Shown here one piece after another: positions 7,562 through 9,519 of a stretch of 9,519 nucleotides of DNA (positions are counted from its first letter, which is position 1; the number at the start of each line of letters is the position of its first letter). The notes under the pieces are model-generated. The model saw nothing but the letters and a program-made list of their open reading frames with translations. It did no database searches and was not told the origin of the DNA. Source of the stretch: Azolla caroliniana (lineage: Eukaryota > Plantae > Polypodiophyta). Position numbers and translations under genes: made by a program. The stretch covers positions 1-9,519 of the forward strand of contig JBHGNT010001354.1 of assembly GCA_043228905.1 (NCBI GenBank), in the 5' to 3' direction.

Positions 7562-9519
7562 ATTCCTAATGTCCGTCAGGTCTATACACATCATTTAAGT
7601 AATTGTCAATGTTCTTTCCCTCACTATGTATTGGGTCCAAATGATTTACTATGTGCAAATGGGTATATCAATGGATCTCCCGTACAATTTTTGTTTGATT
7701 CGGGAAGCTCACACAACTTTGTGAATGTTCGTTTGGTTCAGATATGGGGAATCCAACCCACCGTAAGTGATCACACCTATACAATGCACTTGGATGATGG
7801 AAGAGTACAATACATCAACGGGGTGACTCATTCATTAGGAATTTCTATTGAGACTTATATGGAGGAAGTAGACTTCCATGTAATGAATCTTTGTACCACT
7901 GATGTAATACTGGGTTATCCCTGGTTTTATAATAAAAAATCTTCTTTATCTATTGATTGGGTTCATTATTCAATAACTTTTGTATTGAACGATTGTACTC
8001 ATTTTATTCAATGTGTAAAAAAACAATCCCTCTTGATTGTTTCCTCTCCAACAATATTCGAGTTGTCTTGTTCTACTCTATTTTATTGTGTACTTGATCC
8101 GGAAATTCACGTTTACAATATCAATAATGTCTCAGTTCAATTAACATATTTTGAACAACAACAACTTGATGAAATCTTAAATGATTTTCGTGATGTTTTT
8201 CCGAGTGAACTACCATATGGGTTACCTCCTAAACGTAATATAGACCATCGTATAGATATTGTACCTGGCGTTGCACCAATAAGTATACCTCCTTATCGCT
8301 TAAGTCGATTCGAAGAGGATGAGGTATCTAAGCAACTCAAGGACTATTTATGAATGGGTTATATACGTTATAGTAAATCTCCATGGGGTGCACCAGTTCT
8401 CTTGGTTAAAAAGAAAGAGGGCACATGGCATATGTGTATTAATTTCCGACGCTTGAATAAAGTGACGATCAAGAATTCGTATCCATTGCCCCGGGATGAC
8501 GATCTAATTGACCATCTCCAGGGAGCTCGGTATTTTACGAAACTTGATCTTCGTACTGGCTACCATCAAATTCGTATAAGTGAGGACGATGTTCCTGAAA
8601 CGACATTTTGTACGTGCTATGGCCATTATGAGTTTTTGGTTATGCCTTTTGGTTTGACCAATGCTCCGGCTACATTTCAACAAGAAATGAATGACATTTT
8701 CCGAGAACAGCTTGGAAAATTTGTCGTTATTTTCCGGGATAATATTTTAGTTTATAGCCGTACATTACAAGAACATGCTAAACATGTCCACTTTGTTTTA
8801 CAAACATTGTGTGACAAACAGTTTTATGTGAAGATCTCAAAATGTGAGTTCTTCAAGAAATCAATTACTTATCTTGGACATCTCATAATCAAACGAGTTG
8901 AAATTGATCCTTCTCGCATCGAGAAAATCAAGCTTTGGCCCACTCTTCGGAATATTTGAGAAGTTCGATCATTCCTTGGTTTTGTCGGGTTTTTGCGAAA
9001 ATCCCTTCGTAATTACTCCCAATTGATGATGCCGTTTACTGATATTCTAAAAGGTCAAACGCGTAAGTCTACAAAACCTATTGTCTGGAATGCTACACTA
9101 GACCTCGCCTTTAAGGAACTCAAGGACCTGGTGTGCAAGGCTCTTTCACTTCTTTTACCTGATCCTTCAAAACCTTTTGAGGTTGAAACCGATGCAAGCG
9201 ATTATGCTATAGGTGTTGTCTTATATCGAGATGGTAAACCAATAGCATTCAAGAGTAAGAAACTTGATTCTGCTCAATGTCGGTATACCGTTCAAGAAAA
9301 TGAATTATTTGCAGTTATACATGTGCTCAAAACATGGCGCCATTATCTTTATGGAAATTGCTTTGTGGTAACTACGGACCACGAGTCCTTGAAATATTTT
9401 TGTGACCAACAAGACCTAAAAGGTCGTAAGGCACGATGGGCTGATCTCATCCAGGACTTTGATTTTTCCATACGATATCATAAAGGTTCAATGAACATTG
9501 TCGCTGATGCACTAAGTCG
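7562..9519 (+). pseudogene. pol: Pol of element C: protease, RT and RNase H (runs off the window), degenerate
   Basis: Same frame as gag. Protease: FLFDSGSSHNFV (DSG 7697-7705) and DVILGYPW. RT: [40 protein letters not shown], and FRDN (8732-8743) at the YxDD site. RNase H: EVRSFLG, ETDASDYAIG, WRHYLYG, TDHESLKY, NIVADALS. Stops at 8351 and 8957. Confidence 0.96.

Larger units (their letters stand above)
4440..9519 (+). mobile_element. Ty3/gypsy LTR retrotransposon, chromovirus-like (element C), 5' portion
   Basis: Order is LTR, PBS, long leader, gag-PR-RT-RH. The RT and RH motifs are of Ty3/gypsy type. Integrase and chromodomain would lie beyond the window, so the clade is inferred. Confidence 0.92.

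Overview
This is eukaryotic, plant-type transposon DNA (probably a fern or other non-seed plant; inference only). It is a nest of three decayed LTR retrotransposons, all on the + strand, with no host gene. (A) 1-~2580 is the 3' half of a Ty1/copia element: degenerate RT and RNase H, an in-frame ~190-codon charged C-terminal extension lying between two identical PPT motifs, and a 3' LTR. (B) ~2581-4439 is an older non-chromoviral Ty3/gypsy element: gag with three CCHC knuckles, a 213-bp internal tandem duplication and the start of the protease. It is interrupted by A on the left and by C just after its DGGS protease motif. (C) 4440-9519 is a chromovirus-like Ty3/gypsy element: 5' LTR, tRNA-iMet-type PBS, an unusually long (~1.7 kb) leader, then gag-PR-RT-RNase H running off the window. 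The leader of C is the most unusual part. It holds a 56-bp-periodic array of five GAGGT-N4-ACCTC hairpins, many other stem-loops and a duplicated tRNA-like (A/B-box) unit, and it is bracketed by candidate splice signals. All coding regions are pseudogenised, mostly by C>T/G>A changes.
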